A stretch of 64,000 bases of DNA from Pristiophorus japonicus. Taxonomy: Eukaryota. The DNA is taken from contig NW_027252549.1 in NCBI RefSeq assembly GCF_044704955.1, forward strand, positions 248,001-312,000. Direction: 5' to 3'. Positions 37,785-50,862 of this stretch are shown piece by piece. Position 1 is the first letter of the stretch. Each line of letters starts with the position of its first letter. The translations under genes were made by a program, and so were the position numbers. The notes beneath the pieces are model-generated. The model was not told where the DNA came from. It searched no databases and saw nothing but the letters and a program-made list of their open reading frames with translations.

Positions 37785-38610
37785 TAGATTCATAGAAATT
37801 TCCAGCTCGGATATGTGCCATTTAGGCCCATCGTGTCCGAACAAAAGCTATCCAGCCGAATCCTTCATTCGCACACGTGGTCCGTAGCCCTGTATGTTAT
37901 AGCACTTGTATTGCACATCCTGATCCATTTTTGGATATGGTGCAGCTCTCAGCATCTACCAAACTTTCAGGCTGTGAGTTTCAGACCCCAACCATTCTAT
38001 GGGTAACAAAATCCACTCTAAATCCATGCTGATTATTTTAGATATTCGACCCTTGTCCCTGACCCATATCCTAAGGAAAATATGTCCTTATTTCCATTCT
38101 ATCTAACACTGCATAATTGTATACACGTCAATGAGTTATATTCTAAGCCTCTTCTACTCTAAAAGTATATAAATCCATCCCATGACATCTTTCCTCATTG
38201 TTATTATCCTCCAGTCAAGGCAACATCCTCGTAAATGTGCTCTGTACCAGCTCTACTGCAATGACATCGTCCCTGTAATGAAATGAGCAGAAATGCACGC
38301 AGTTTTCTAGTTGGCGCCTAACTGTTCCATATGGCTGCTTAACCAAATTGTAAGAACATAAAAAGATTAGATATATGAGCAGGAGTAGGCCATTTGGCCC
38401 CTTGAGCCTGCTCCGCCATTCTATCAGATCATGGCTGAACTGATCTGCTACCTGCAGGGATCTATTGGCATGCACTCAAGCTCCCTTTATTTCGCTATAC
38501 TTCCAAGAGTTCTCATCTTTAATGTGAATTCATTGCCCTGTTAGCCCGCCCCAAACGCATTACCCCAAACTTCTTCGGAATAAATTCCATTAGCCATGCT
38601 TCTGTCAAGC
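37785..38610 (-). mobile_element. Old CR1 3' fragment with nested CR1 tail (about 38352-38445)
   Basis: QLENCVHFCSFHYRDDVIAVELVQSTFTRMLP. Nested AGCAGGAGTAGGCCATTTGGCCC tail. Confidence 0.75.
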
Positions 38611-38624
38611 TGAAAATAAACTAG

Positions 38625-40348
38625 TAAATAACAAGAGTTCCGACAGGTACAAAAAATGGAAATATACGGCTAAATTAAATGTTGGTCCCCTAGAGGACGA
38701 GACTGGGTAATTAGTAATGGGAAGCCGAGAAATGGCAGAGATGTGAAACAAATATTTTGTAATAGTCTTCACGGTAGAAGACAGAAAAATATCCCGATTG
38801 TGGTAACTTAACAGGCTATAGGGAGGGAGGAATCAGTATCATGAAAGAAATAGTACTCAGTGAAAAAGTGGACGTAAAGGCGGACACGTCCCTGGACCTG
38901 ACGACTTGCATCGAGGGTCTTAAAAGAAATGGCTGAAGAGATAGTGAACGCATTGGTTGTAATCTGCCAAATTATCCTGAATTCTGTGAAGCTACCAGTG
39001 TATTGAAAACCGCAAATGTAACGCCCCTATATAAGAAAGAAGGCAGACAGAAAGCAGGAATCTATAGATCAGTTATCCTAACACCTGTCGTTGTGAAAAT
39101 GCTTGGAGTCCATTATTAAGGAATCAGTAGCAGGTCATTCTGAAACGCATAATTTAAACACTCTTGGTTTTATGAAAGGGAATCCATGTTTGAGAAGTTT
39201 GCTGGAGTTCTTTGAGGATGTAACGAGCAGGGTGGATAAGAGGTAACCATTGGATGTCATGAATTTAGATTTCCAGAAGGCATTCTATAAGATGCAACAT
39301 AAAAGTTTACTCCACATGACAAATCCGGGTTCACGGGGTTTGGAGTAATATATTAGCATTGATAGATGATTGGTTAATTAAAAGAAAATCGAGAGTCGGG
39401 AAAATGGGTAATTTTGTAGTTGTCGAACAGCAGCTAGTGGGGTGCTGCAGGGATTGTTGCTGGAGCTTATAATCTATGTTATTAATTTGCATGAAGGAAC
39501 CGAGTGAAATGTAGCCAACGTAGCTGATGAAACAAAAGATGGGTGGGAAAGCCAATTGTGAGGTGGACTCCAATTATCTGCAAAGGCATATAGACAGGCT
39601 AAGAGAGTGAGCAAACATTTGGCAGGAGCAGTATAATGTGGGCAAAAAATGGTTATCCACTTTACAGAAACTGTACAACAGCACATTTGTATAAATGGAG
39701 AAAAATTGCAAAATGCTGCAGTGCAGATGGTCCTGTGGGTCATTGTACAGAAAATACAAAAAAATAGTATGCAGGTACAGCAGGCAATCAGCAAAGCAAA
39801 TGGAATGTTGACATTTATTGAATGGGTATTGCGTCTAAAAGCGAGAGGTCTTGCTGCAAGTATAAATGGCATTGTTGAGGCGACAGCAGTAGTAATGCGA
39901 ACATTTTGGTTCAGTAGCTTGGGCCTATACACATTGGAGTTCAGAAGAATGAGATGTGAACTTATTGAAAAATATAATATAATGTGGGGGCTCGACCAGG
40001 TGGATGCAGAGAGGATGTTTCCGCTTATATGGGAACAAAATTAGCGGACATTGTCTCAGAATAAGGGGCCGCCCATTTTAAACTGAGATGAGGAGAAAAT
40101 GCTTCTCTCACAGGGTTGTAAATCTTTGCAATTCTCTGCCACAGACAACTGTGGAGGCTGTTTGAGTATAGTTAAGGGGGAGTTAGACAGAATATTTAGC
40201 GATCAGTGGTAAAGGGTTATGGGGAGCTGGCAAGGAAGTGCAGCTGAATCCATGATCAGATCAGCCATGATCTTATTGATTGGTGGAGCAGGCTCAATCG
40301 ACTAAGTGGCCTATCATGCTCCTATTTGTTATGTTTTTATGTTCTTAT
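38625..40348 (+). mobile_element. CR1 LINE RT and 3' end
   Basis: Degenerate RT (GFMKG.SC, DF.KAF), ANGML, LYTLEFRRMR. Ends in a TTATGTT-type tail. Confidence 0.88.
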
Positions 40349-40354
40349 ATTGTT

Positions 40355-41920
40355 AGATTGAATAAATTCCTCCTCGTCTCTATTTTAAATGGACTGCCCC
40401 TTAATCTGAGACTATGTCCGCTAGATTCACTTTCCAGATGTGTGGAAATTTCCTCCCTGCATTCATCTTTTCGAGCACCTTCATGAACTTATATGTTTCG
40501 ATAAGTTCACCTTTCATTATTCTGAATTCCCATGAGTATAGGCCCAACCTATTCAACCTTTCTTCTTATGTCAACCACCTCATCTACGGAATCAACCCAG
40601 TGAACCTTCTCTAAACAGCCACCAATGCATGTACATCCTTCCTTATATATGGATACCAAACCTGTATACATTACTCCAGGTGTGGTCTTAACAATCGCAT
40701 GTAAATCTGTAGAAGTAGACCTCTGGTTTTATACCTTATCCTGCTTTCAATTCCATTTGCCTTCCTGATTACTTGATGTATCTGCACACTAACTATTTTG
40801 TTTCATGCACAAGGACCCTCAGGTCCGTCTGTACTACAGCATTTAGCAATTTTGCTATGTTTAAATTATCATTTGTTTTTAAATTTTTTCTGCCAAAGTT
40901 GATAACCACACATTTTCCCCTTTTATACGCAATCTGCCAATATTTAATGTCCTCCTCAAAATTTGCTTTCCCACTCATCTTTCCTTTATCACCAAACTTG
41001 GCGATATTACACTCGGTCCCTTCATCCATATCATTCATATAGATTGTAACAAGTTGAGGACCAGCACCGATCCGTGCGGCACCCCACTAGTCACTGTTTG
41101 CCAACCGGAAATTGAACCATTTATCCCGACTCTCCGTTTTCTGTTAGTTTGTCAATCCTCTCTCCATGCTAATATATTAACCACAACCCCATCAACTTTT
41201 ACCTTGAAAAGTAACCTCTTACGTGGCAACTTAAGGAATGCCTTCTGGAAATCCATATAGATCACATCCACTGGTCCCCCCCTTATCCATCCTGATCGTT
41301 ACAACTTCATGAAGTCCAGCAAATTTGACAAACAATATTTCCCTTTCATAAATCCATGCTCATTGTGTTTGATTGATTTCTCATTTTCAAAATATTCCGC
41401 TAATGCTTCCTAACAATGGACGCCAGCATTTTCCCAACGACAGATGTTAAGCTAACTAGTCGACAGTTTCATGTTTCCTGTCTGCACTTTTTTTGAAATT
41501 GCGGTGTTAAATTCACGCTTTTGTTATTTGCTGGGACAGTCCCTGAATCAAGGAAATTTCAGGTAGAACACAACCAATTCATCCACTATGTCTGCAGCCC
41601 CTTCATTTGAGACCCTAGGATGTAAGCAATCACGTGCAGGGTTCTTGTCCACCTTTAATCCCATTATTTTACTGAGTACTACTTCATTAGTGACAATGAT
41701 TGTATTAAGTTATTCCCTCCCACTATTAGGATATTTTTGTGTTTTCTACCGTGAAGACCGATACAAAATATTGGTTCACATCTCTGCCATTTCCCTGTTC
41801 TCCATTATTAATTCCTCAGTCTCATCCTCCAGGGGACCAACATGTACTTGAGCTATTGTTTTCCTTTTTATATGCCTGTAGAAATACTTAATATCAGTTT
41901 TTTTATTTCGTGCCTATTTA
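40355..41920 (-). mobile_element. CR1 LINE RT fragment
   Basis: NDMDEGTECNIAKFGDK, reverse-complement GVPHGSVLVL and KNPARDCLHPRV. Confidence 0.88.
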
Positions 41921-42150
41921 CAGACAGTTGTATATCTATGTAATTGCATGCTCCAGAGAGCTGTAGATGCTGGGTACTTGAATATATTTATGATGATTTT
42001 GACTGATTTTTTGCGCGATAAAGCAATAAACGGGAGAGGGCAAGGAAATGGAGCTGAATCCATGAGTCGATCTGGCAAGATCTTATTAAATGGCGGAGCA
42101 GGCTCGAGGGGACAAATGGCCTACTCCTGCGCTTAGTGCTTATGGTCTAA
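41920..42150 (+). mobile_element. CR1 3' end fragment
   Basis: AATGGCGGAGCAGGCTCGAGGGG..ATGGCCTACTCCTG 3' UTR. Confidence 0.75.
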
Positions 42151-45100
42151 TATTTTTACTCCTGCATTTTACCGTTTTCTTCTTCATTATCAAACACACA
42201 GTCAATTTATGTATTATCTACGAACTTCTTAATCATACCCTGTACGTCCAAGTCGAAATCATTGATATATAGCACAAGAATCAAGGAAGGTAGTACTGAG
42301 TCGTGTGGTACCCAACTCTGAACAACCTTCTTTTCACAAAATTGCCCTTCACACATTACCCTTGTGAAATGCTTCTGCGCCATTTTGGGATCCAACTTGC
42401 CTTTTGCATTTGATCACATTGGCATTAGTTCCATAAGAACACGAGTAATCGTAGTAGGAATAGGCGTTTCCGCCCATCCGACATTTAATTTGGCCATTCC
42501 TGATCTTCTACTTCAACTCCACTTTCCTGCGCAGTGAACATATTATTCTGAAACGCCTGGTTATAGAATCTTCAGCCAGATAAATCATCCTCGCTGCATC
42601 TAATCTGTCAAGCACTGTAAGAGTTTTGTATGTTTCAATGTGATCATCACTCATTTTTCTAATATGTAGAGAATATAGGCCGAGTCTACTCGCTCTCCCC
42701 ACATAGGGAAACACCCCGATCGCCGCAATCAGTCCGGTGAACCTTCGCTGCATTCCCTCAATGCAAAGTATATCCTTCCTTAGCTAAGGATGCTAAACTG
42801 TACGAAGTGCTGCAGGTACGGTGTCACCAAGGGGCCAATATAATTGCAGTAAGATGTATTTACTCTGATACTCAAGTTCTCTTGCAATAAAGGTCGACAT
42901 TGCTTGCCGTACACGCATGTTAACTTTCTTAATTGCTTGCCGTACCTGCAGGTTAACTTTCAATGATTCGTGTACAAGAACACCAAAGTTCCTTCTGAAC
43001 ACCAACATTTCCAGCTCGCTCATCATTTTAAAAATACTTCGCTTTTCTATTTTTACTACGGAAGTCGATAGCTTCACATTACTCCACGTTATATTCCATT
43101 TGCCATGTTCTTGCCCACTCAATTTGCATACCTATATCCCCTTGAAGTCTCTTTGCATGCTCCTCACAACGAACATGCCCACCTAGTTTTGTATCATCAG
43201 TGAACTTGAATATATTTCGTTTGGTCGCCTCATTTAAATCATTGATATAGAGTGAGTATTGCTGAAGCACCGCTCCCTGTGGGAACCCATTAGTTAACAC
43301 CTGCTAATCCAAAAATGATACCGTTTATTCCTACTCTCTGTTTTCTGTCCTTTAACCAATCTTCAATTCCTGCTAATATATAACCCCCAACCATATGAGC
43401 CCTAATTTTGTCCAATAATCTTTTGTGCTGTTCCTCATCGAATGCATTCATGTGAATCCAAATGCAACACATCCACTGGTCCCTACTGACCGATTCTTCT
43501 ATTTGCAACCTCAAAAAATTCTTACACATTTGTTGAACATGATTTCCATTAAATGAATGCATGTTGATTCTGCCCAATTGTATTTTTATGTTCTAAGTGC
43601 TCTGTTACTACGTCCTCAATAACATTTCAAACATTTTACCTCACACTGATGTCAGGCTAACTGAGCTGTCGGTCCTTCTTTTCTCTCTCCCGCCTTTCCG
43701 AAATTGTGCGATATATTAGCTAGCTTCGATGATGCGGGAATGATCCTAGAATCTATGGATATATTTCGTGACCATTATGCCATGTGGGATCTTATGAAAT
43801 TCCTTGCTAAAATTCCTATGCACTGCATCCATCGCACTACCTTTATTGACCCACTTCGTCACGTCCTCAAACAAATCAATCAAGTTAGTCAGACATGACG
43901 TTCCCTAAACAATTCCATGCTCACTGGCCTTGATCAATCCGTGTCTTTCCCAATGAAGATTTATCCTGCCCTCCGAATGTTTTGTAATAAATTTCCCAAC
44001 ACCGAATTTAGGCTGGCTGGCCTGAAATTAATCGATCTATCCCTTTCTCGTTTTTTAAACTAACGTACAACGTTAGAAGTCTTCCAGTCCCCCGGCACCA
44101 CGCCTGTGGCCAGAGAGGATTATAAAATGACGGCCAGAGCCTCTGCGATTTGCCCTTTTCCTTCACTAAGCACTCTGGGATACATGTTAGCCGGGCCTTT
44201 GAAGTTATCCACATTCAATGCTGCTACGTCGCTAAATACTTCCAATATCATTATATTTATTTCATCAAATATTTCAAACTCCTCCCTGATTGCAATGTCT
44301 GCATTGCCCAAATCTTTTCTGAAAATAGACGCAATGTATTCAAGAAGATACATACTCAAACCTTCCACCTCCACGCACAGATTACCTTTATGGTCTCTGA
44401 TAGACCCTACTCTTCATTTAGTTAATGTCTTGCGCTTAATGTGCATATAAAACATGTTCTGGGTTTCACTGGTATTGCTAGCCAACATTTTTGCATGCTC
44501 TATCTTTGCTTTCCTAACTTTCTTTTTTAATTTTACCGCTGCAGTTTCTATACCCCTCTTGGGTTTCTGGAGAATTGAGCCCTCGGTGTTGTCATAATCC
44601 TCCTTTTTGTTATATTACCCTGTGTACCGCTTTCAATCCAGGGACTGTAGCTTTCCGGTTACCACTCTTTTTCTTCAAGCGAAATCACTTGCTCTGAACC
44701 TTCAATTTCTCCTCCTTAATTGCCTACCACTGCTCTGGCATGGATTTACTTTTAATCATTTTTTCTCGTCGAATTTAGCTAAATTATAATTCAGCTCAGT
44801 AAAATTGGCTTTCCACCAGATGAAATCTTTTATTTCTGGTCTATCTTTATCCTTTTCCGTAAGTACAAACATTTAACTGAATTATGGTCACTAACATCAA
44901 AACGCTCTCTCATTGTTAACCCTACCAACAGCTCAGCTTCATTCCCGAACTCTAAGGCCAGAACCATACACTCCCTTGTTGGGCTTGCTACATATTGGTT
45001 AAAAAACGTTCTCCTGAATATATTTTTGGAAAACTGCACCATCAATACCTGTCATATTAATTATATCATAGTTAATATAAGTGTAGTTGCAATCACGTTG
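42150..45100 (-). mobile_element. Nested antisense CR1 fragments (older host at about 42150-42420 and 43760-45100, with an insert at about 42430-43760)
   Basis: LYINDFD..IKKFVDNT; GFPQGAVL..YINDLNE..KFTDDTKLGG; GPANMYPRVL; QYVASPTRE..SDHNSV. Confidence 0.82.
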
Positions 45101-45239
45101 GTGTCACAGTTTCAATTTGCACATAATTCAAAGTAATTCTTTCGAGGCGGAATATTATATTTGCTACATCAGAATAAATATCATCTTGTTATAGTTTTTG
45201 GGTGATTAGTTTCCCAGTGTCACAAGTAGATTTGGCTGA

Positions 45240-45541
45240 TCCTCTCGGAATAAGAGGCCGCCCATTAAAAACTGAGATGAGGAAAAATGTCTTCTCTCAG
45301 AGGGTTGTAAATCTATGGCAGTCTCTGTGCCAGAGAACTATGGAGGCAGTACCATTGAATATATGTAAGGCAGAGATAGACATATTTTTGAGCGATACGG
45401 ATTTAAAGGTTTATAAGGAGTGGCAAGGGAAGAGGAGCTGAGTTCATGATCGGATCAGCCATGGTCTTATTGAATGTCGAATCTGGTTCGAGGGGCCAAA
45501 TGCCCTGCTCCTGCTCCAATTTCTTATGTTCTTATGTTCTC
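45240..45541 (+). mobile_element. CR1 3' end fragment
   Basis: IRGRPLKTEMRKNVFSQRVVNLW, followed by a TTCTTATGTTCTTATGTTC tail. Confidence 0.9.
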
Positions 45542-45746
45542 ATTTACTTCATCTTCGACACAAATACTGGAATTCCTTCAGCATCAACCCACAGATTGAA
45601 ACCGAGATGAACACAGCGAGAGATAACGGCAGCTTTGGGATATATGGCGCAAAAGACAGGAGAGATGGGTATATCCAAAACGGTCACAGACTTCAAAAGG
45701 CAGTGTCAGTGGAGTCAGTGAAGTTAAGCTAGCAAGTGCATGCTTT

Positions 45747-45812
45747 AGTTCCGTGGCTCAGCTGCTGAAAGCGCCTGTCTAGCCAACAGTAAATCCTACG
45801 TTCGTCTCCACA
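45747..45812 (+). pseudogene. Degenerate tRNA-Thr(AGT)-derived pseudogene
   Basis: AGTTCCGTGGCTCAGCTGCTGAAAGCGCCTGTCTAGCCAACAGTAAATCCTACGTTCG closely follows the vertebrate tRNA-Thr-AGT pattern recalled from knowledge (GGCTCCGTGGCTTAGCTGGTTAAAGCGCCTGTCTAGTAAACAGGAGATCCTGGGTTCG). T-arm and acceptor 3' strand are broken. Confidence 0.75.
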
Positions 45813-45864
45813 TAACCCTTTAATCACTTATCGCTCAAAAATCTGTCTATCTCACACTTAAAGA

Positions 45865-46640
45865 TAGACTCGGAAAGATAGACAAGAAGGGAAAGGAGGT
45901 GGGGTAGCTCTGTTAATAAAGGATGATATCAGGACAGTTGTGAGAGAAGGTATTGGCTCCAATGAACAAAATGTTGAATCATTGTGGGTGGAGATGAGAG
46001 ATAGTAAGGGGAAAAAGTCACTGGTGGGCGTAGTTTATAGGCCCCCAAATAATAACTTCACGGTGGGGCGGGCAATATTCAAGGGAATAATGGAGGCATG
46101 TGAAAATGGAATGACAGTAATCATGGGGGATTTTAACCTACATATCGATTGGTCAAATCAAATCACACGGGGTAGACTTGAGGAGGAATTCATAGAATGC
46201 ATACGGGATTGTTTCTTAGAACACTATGTTACAGAACCTACAAGGGAGCAAGTGATCTTAGATCTGGTCCTGTGTAAGGAGACAAGAATAATAAACGAAC
46301 TCCTCGTAAAAGATCCTCTCGGAATGAGTGATCACAGTATGGTTGAATTTGTAATACAGATTGAGGGTGAGGAAGTAGTGTCTCAAACGAGCATACTATG
46401 TTTAAACGAAGTGGGTTGTGAATCTGTGGAATTATCTGCCCAAGGAAGCTGTTGAGGCTAGCTCATTGAATGTATTCAAATCACAGATAGATAGATGTTT
46501 AACCAATAAGGGAATTAAGGGCTACGGGGAGCTGGCGGGTAAGTGGAGCTGAGTCCACGGCCAGATCAGCCATGATTTTGTTGAATGGCGGAGCAGGTTC
46601 GAGGGGCTAAATGGTCTACTCCTATTCCTAATTCTTATGT
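45865..46640 (+). mobile_element. CR1 LINE APE fragment joined directly to a 3' end
   Basis: ESLWVEMR..LVGVVYRPPN..IMGDFNLHIDW..PTREQVILDLVL..SDH, then a jump to the 3' UTR with a TTCTTATG tail. Confidence 0.9.
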
Positions 46641-48497
46641 GAAGATAAAGCGATTAGTGAAGACAAAGGTAGAGCCCTTTCAGGCAGAATCACGTGAATT
46701 TACAATGGGGAACAAAGAAATGGCAGACCAATTGAACAAATATTGTGGTTCTGTCTAGATTAAGGAAGACACAAATAACCTTCCAGAAATACTACGGGAT
46801 CGAGGGTCTAGCGAGAAGGAGAAACTGAAGGAAATCCTTATTAGTAAGGACATTTTCTTTTGGGAATTAATGGAATGAAGGCCGATCGATCCCCAGGGCC
46901 TGCGGGTCTGCATTCAGGAGTAGTTAAGCAAGTGGCCCTAGAAATAGTGGATGCATTGCTGTCGCTTTTCAAACATTCTACAGATTCTGGATTAGTTCCT
47001 ATGGATTGGATGGTAACTAATGTAACCCTACTTTTTTAAAAAGGAGGGAGAGAGAAAATATGGAATTATAGACCGCTTAGCCTAGCATTGGTCGCGGGGA
47101 ATGTGTTGGAATCAATTATGAAAGACATAAAAGCAGCGAATTTGGAAAGCAGTGACAGGATCGGTTAAGTCAGCATGGATATATGAAAGGAAAATCATGC
47201 TTGACCACTCTTCTAGAATTTTTTAAGGACGTAACTAGTAGAGTGGACAAGGGAAAACCAGTCAATGTGGTGTATTTCGACTTTCAAAACGCTTTTGACA
47301 ACGTCCCACAAGAGATTAGTGTGCAAAATTAAAACACATTGTATTGGGGTTAATGTATTGACGTGGAGAGAGAACTGGTTGACAGACAGGAAGCAAAGAG
47401 CAGGAACAAACGGGTCCTTTTCATAATGGCAGGCAGTGACTAGTGGCGCACTGCAAGACTCAGTGCTTGGCCCCGAGATATTTATAACTTTCATTAATGA
47501 TTCCCGGGATGGCGGAACTGACATATCAAGAAAGACTGGGTCAACTGGGCTTGTATTCAATGGAGTTCAAAAGAATGAGAGGGGATCTCATAGAAACGTT
47601 TAAAATTCTGACGGGTTTGTTCAGGTTAGATGCAGGAAGAATTTTCCCAATGATGGGGAAGTCCAGAACCAGGGGTCACAGTCTAATGATAAGGGGTAAG
47701 CCATTTAGGACCGAGATGTGCAGAAACGTCTTCACCCAGAGAGTGGTGAACCTGTGGAATTCTCTACCACAGAAAGTTGTTGAGGTCAATTCACTAAATA
47801 TATTCAAAAAGGATTTGGATGTAGTCCTTATTACTAGGGGCATCAAGGGGTACGGCGAGAAAGCAGGAATAGGGTAAAGAAGTTGCGTGTTCAGCCATGA
47901 ACTCATTGAATGGCGGTGCAGGCTCGAAGGGCCGAATTGCCTACTCCTGCACCTAGTTTCGATGTTTCTATGTTTCTAAGATTTGAACGAAGTAATTGAA
48001 TGTAATATCTCCAAGTTTGCAGATGACTCTAAGCTGTGTGCAGTTTGAGCTGTGAGGAGGATCCTAAGAGACTGCAAAGTGATTTGGACAGTTTAGGGGA
48101 GCGGGTAAATGCATGGCAGATGCAATATAATGTCGATAATTGTGAGGTTATACACTTTAGTTGCAAAATCAGTGAGGCAGTCTATTATCTGAATGGTGAC
48201 TGATAAATAACATTTAGGACTGAGATGAGGAGAAATTTCTTCACTCAGAGAGTTGTTAACCTGTGGATTTCCCTGCCACAGAGAGTTGTTGATGCGAGCG
48301 TGTTAGATATATTCAAAAGAGAGTGAGTAGATATGGCCCTTACGGCTAAAGATATCAATTAATATGGAGAGAAAGCAGGAAAGGGATACTGATGGAATGA
48401 TCAGCCATGATCTTATTGAATGGCGGTGCAGGCTCGAAGGGCCTAATGACCTACTCCTGCACCTGTTTTTACGTTTCTATGTTTCGATGTTTCTATT
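46641..48497 (+). mobile_element. HER1-like RT region with a younger same-family 3' fragment nested at about 47497-47978
   Basis: Host RT is interrupted at TTCATTAATGA and resumes at GATTTGAACGAAG (about 47980). The insert is an open frame MIPGMAEL...GYGEKAG with its own tail. Confidence 0.9.
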
Positions 48498-48499
48498 AT

Positions 48500-49485
48500 T
48501 GTAAATCATCCATGGCGTGCGTATCCCTATCACTATCGCTGCAACCCATCCACGGACCACCTATTCCATTCCCTATCTGTAACGCATCCATGGATAAATG
48601 GAGCTGAGTCCACGGCCAGATCAGCCATCATCTTGTTGAATGGCGGAGCAGGCTCGAGGGGCTAGAAGGCATACTCATGTTCCTAATTCTTATGTTATGT
48701 TGTTATGATCACTTACCGCTATCCACTTCACTGTAACCCATCCATGGATTGCCTATTCCTATATCTATTTCTGCGACCCATCCATGGACCGACTAGTCCT
48801 ATCCCTATCGCTGTGACCCATCAAAGGATTGCCTATACCTCTCCGTATCTTTTTAACCCATGCATCGACTGCCTATCCATTTAGCTTTACCCCTCCATGG
48901 ACTGTCTATTCTTATCCCTGTCGCTCAAACCCAACATGACCTGCCTATTGCTAGCCCTAAATCTGTAACCCATCCATGGACTGCGTCTCCCTAACGCTAT
49001 CATTGTAACCTATCGATGCACCGCCAATTCTTATCCCTGTCTCGGTAACCCATCGTTGGCCAGCCTAATCCTATGCCTATCTCTGTAACCCATGCATGGG
49101 CCGCCTATTACTATCCCTATCTCTGTAACCCATCCAAGAATTGCCAACCCATAATCCCATCATGGAAACCAATCCATGGACTGCCATGTCTTATTGCTAT
49201 CTCTGTAAAACTTCGTTGGACAGCCGAATCCTACGCCTACCGTTATAACCCACCATGTGCAACGAATTACTAACCCTATCTCTGTAATCCATCCATGGAC
49301 TGCGTATCCTTAACGCTATCATTGTAACCCATCCATGGAACACCTATTCCTGTCTTTGATGCTGTATCCGTCCATTGTCTACCCATTACAATCCCTATCG
49401 CTCTACCCCATCCATGCACTGGCTTCCGTATCCCCATTGCTGTAATCAATCAAACGATTGCCTACTGCTATCCCTGCTATCAACC
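48500..49485. repeat. 40-bp minisatellite (TGTAACCCATCCATGGACTGCCTATTCCTATCCCTATCGC-like), interrupted by a CR1 tail at about 48593-48706
   Basis: ACCCATCCATGG motif at 40-nt spacing, about 20 copies. Confidence 0.9.
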
Positions 49486-50862
49486 ACTGGGAGGTTGACG
49501 CTAGAGTTCTCCTGAACCGTCTTCTCCCTGTGGCCGAGGAGCTCATCCCGAAGTCACAGTGCAGATTTCGTCCCCTATTGGTAACAGCGGACATGATCGT
49601 GGCTGCACGACAACTGAAGGAAAAATACAGCGAACAGCGCAAGCCCGTACACATGGCCTTTTTCGATCTTACAAAGTCCTTTGTCACTGTCAAAATTGAG
49701 GGCTTATGGAGCGTCCTCCTCCATTTTGAAAGCCCTCGAAAGTTTGTCAAGATCATTCGCCTGCTCTATGACGACATGCAGGCCATGATCCTTAGCAGCA
49801 GATCCATTACCTACCAATTCCACGTGCTGGCCAGTGTCAGTCAGTGCTGCATCATCGCTTCAATCCTCTTTTCAATCTTCTGCGCTGCCATGCTCCACTT
49901 CATTATCAACAAGCTCACCTCCCAAATTAACTAAACAACAGAACCAGTGGGAAGATGTTTAACCAAGCCACATCCAGGCCACATCCAAGATCACCCAAAC
50001 GTCTCTCGTTGTACTGCAGTATGCAGACGACGTCTGCACCTGCGCACATTCTGAGGCTGAATTCCATGTTTATTCGATATATTCACAGAGGCATATGAAA
50101 GCATGGCTCTCATACTTAATACCGGTAAGGCAAAGATCCTCCAACTGACTCTCCTCGCCGCACAGCATTGCCGCCCAGTCATCAAGATTCACGGCACAGC
50201 CCTGGACAACGGGGACCACTTCCCATACCTCGGGAGCCCGTTGTCAACAAAAGCAGACGTTGATGCGAAGATTCAACATCGCCTCCAGTGTGCCATTGCA
50301 GCCTTCGGCCGTCTGAAGAAAAGAGATTTCGAAGACCAAGCCCTGAAACGTAACACCAAGCTCATGGTCTACAGGGCTGTTTAATACCCGTTCTCCTTTT
50401 TGGATCAGAGGCATGGACGATGTGCAGAAGACACATCAAGTCGCTGGTGATATATCGCCAACGATATCGCCGCAACATCCGGCAAATACACTGGGAGGAC
50501 AGAGCACCAACATCAGTATCCTCGCCCAGGCTAACAACCCCTGCATTGAAGCAATCACCACTCTCGATCCGCTTCGCTGGTCAGGCCACTTAATTCGCAC
50601 GCCAGACGCGAGACTTGCGAAGCAACTATTCTATGCAGAGCTACTTCATGGCAAACGAGCGAAAGGTGGGCAACGGAAGCGTTACTATAGGACCCTCAAA
50701 GCCTTCCTGATGAAGTGTGACATCACCACTGACACCTGGGAGACGCTGGCCGAAGACCACCCCAAGTGGAAAAAGTGCATCATTGAGGGCGTTGAGCTCC
50801 TCGAGGTCAACGCTGCGAGCATGATGAGAACAGGTGCAGGCAGCGGAAGAAGCGTGTTGTAA
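49486..50862 (+). mobile_element. RTE-clade LINE RT fragment
   Basis: ARVLLNRLLPVAEELIPKSQCRFRP, AFFDLTKSF, LQYADD, FPYLGS, LRWSGHLIR, GKRAKGGQRKRY. Confidence 0.93.
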
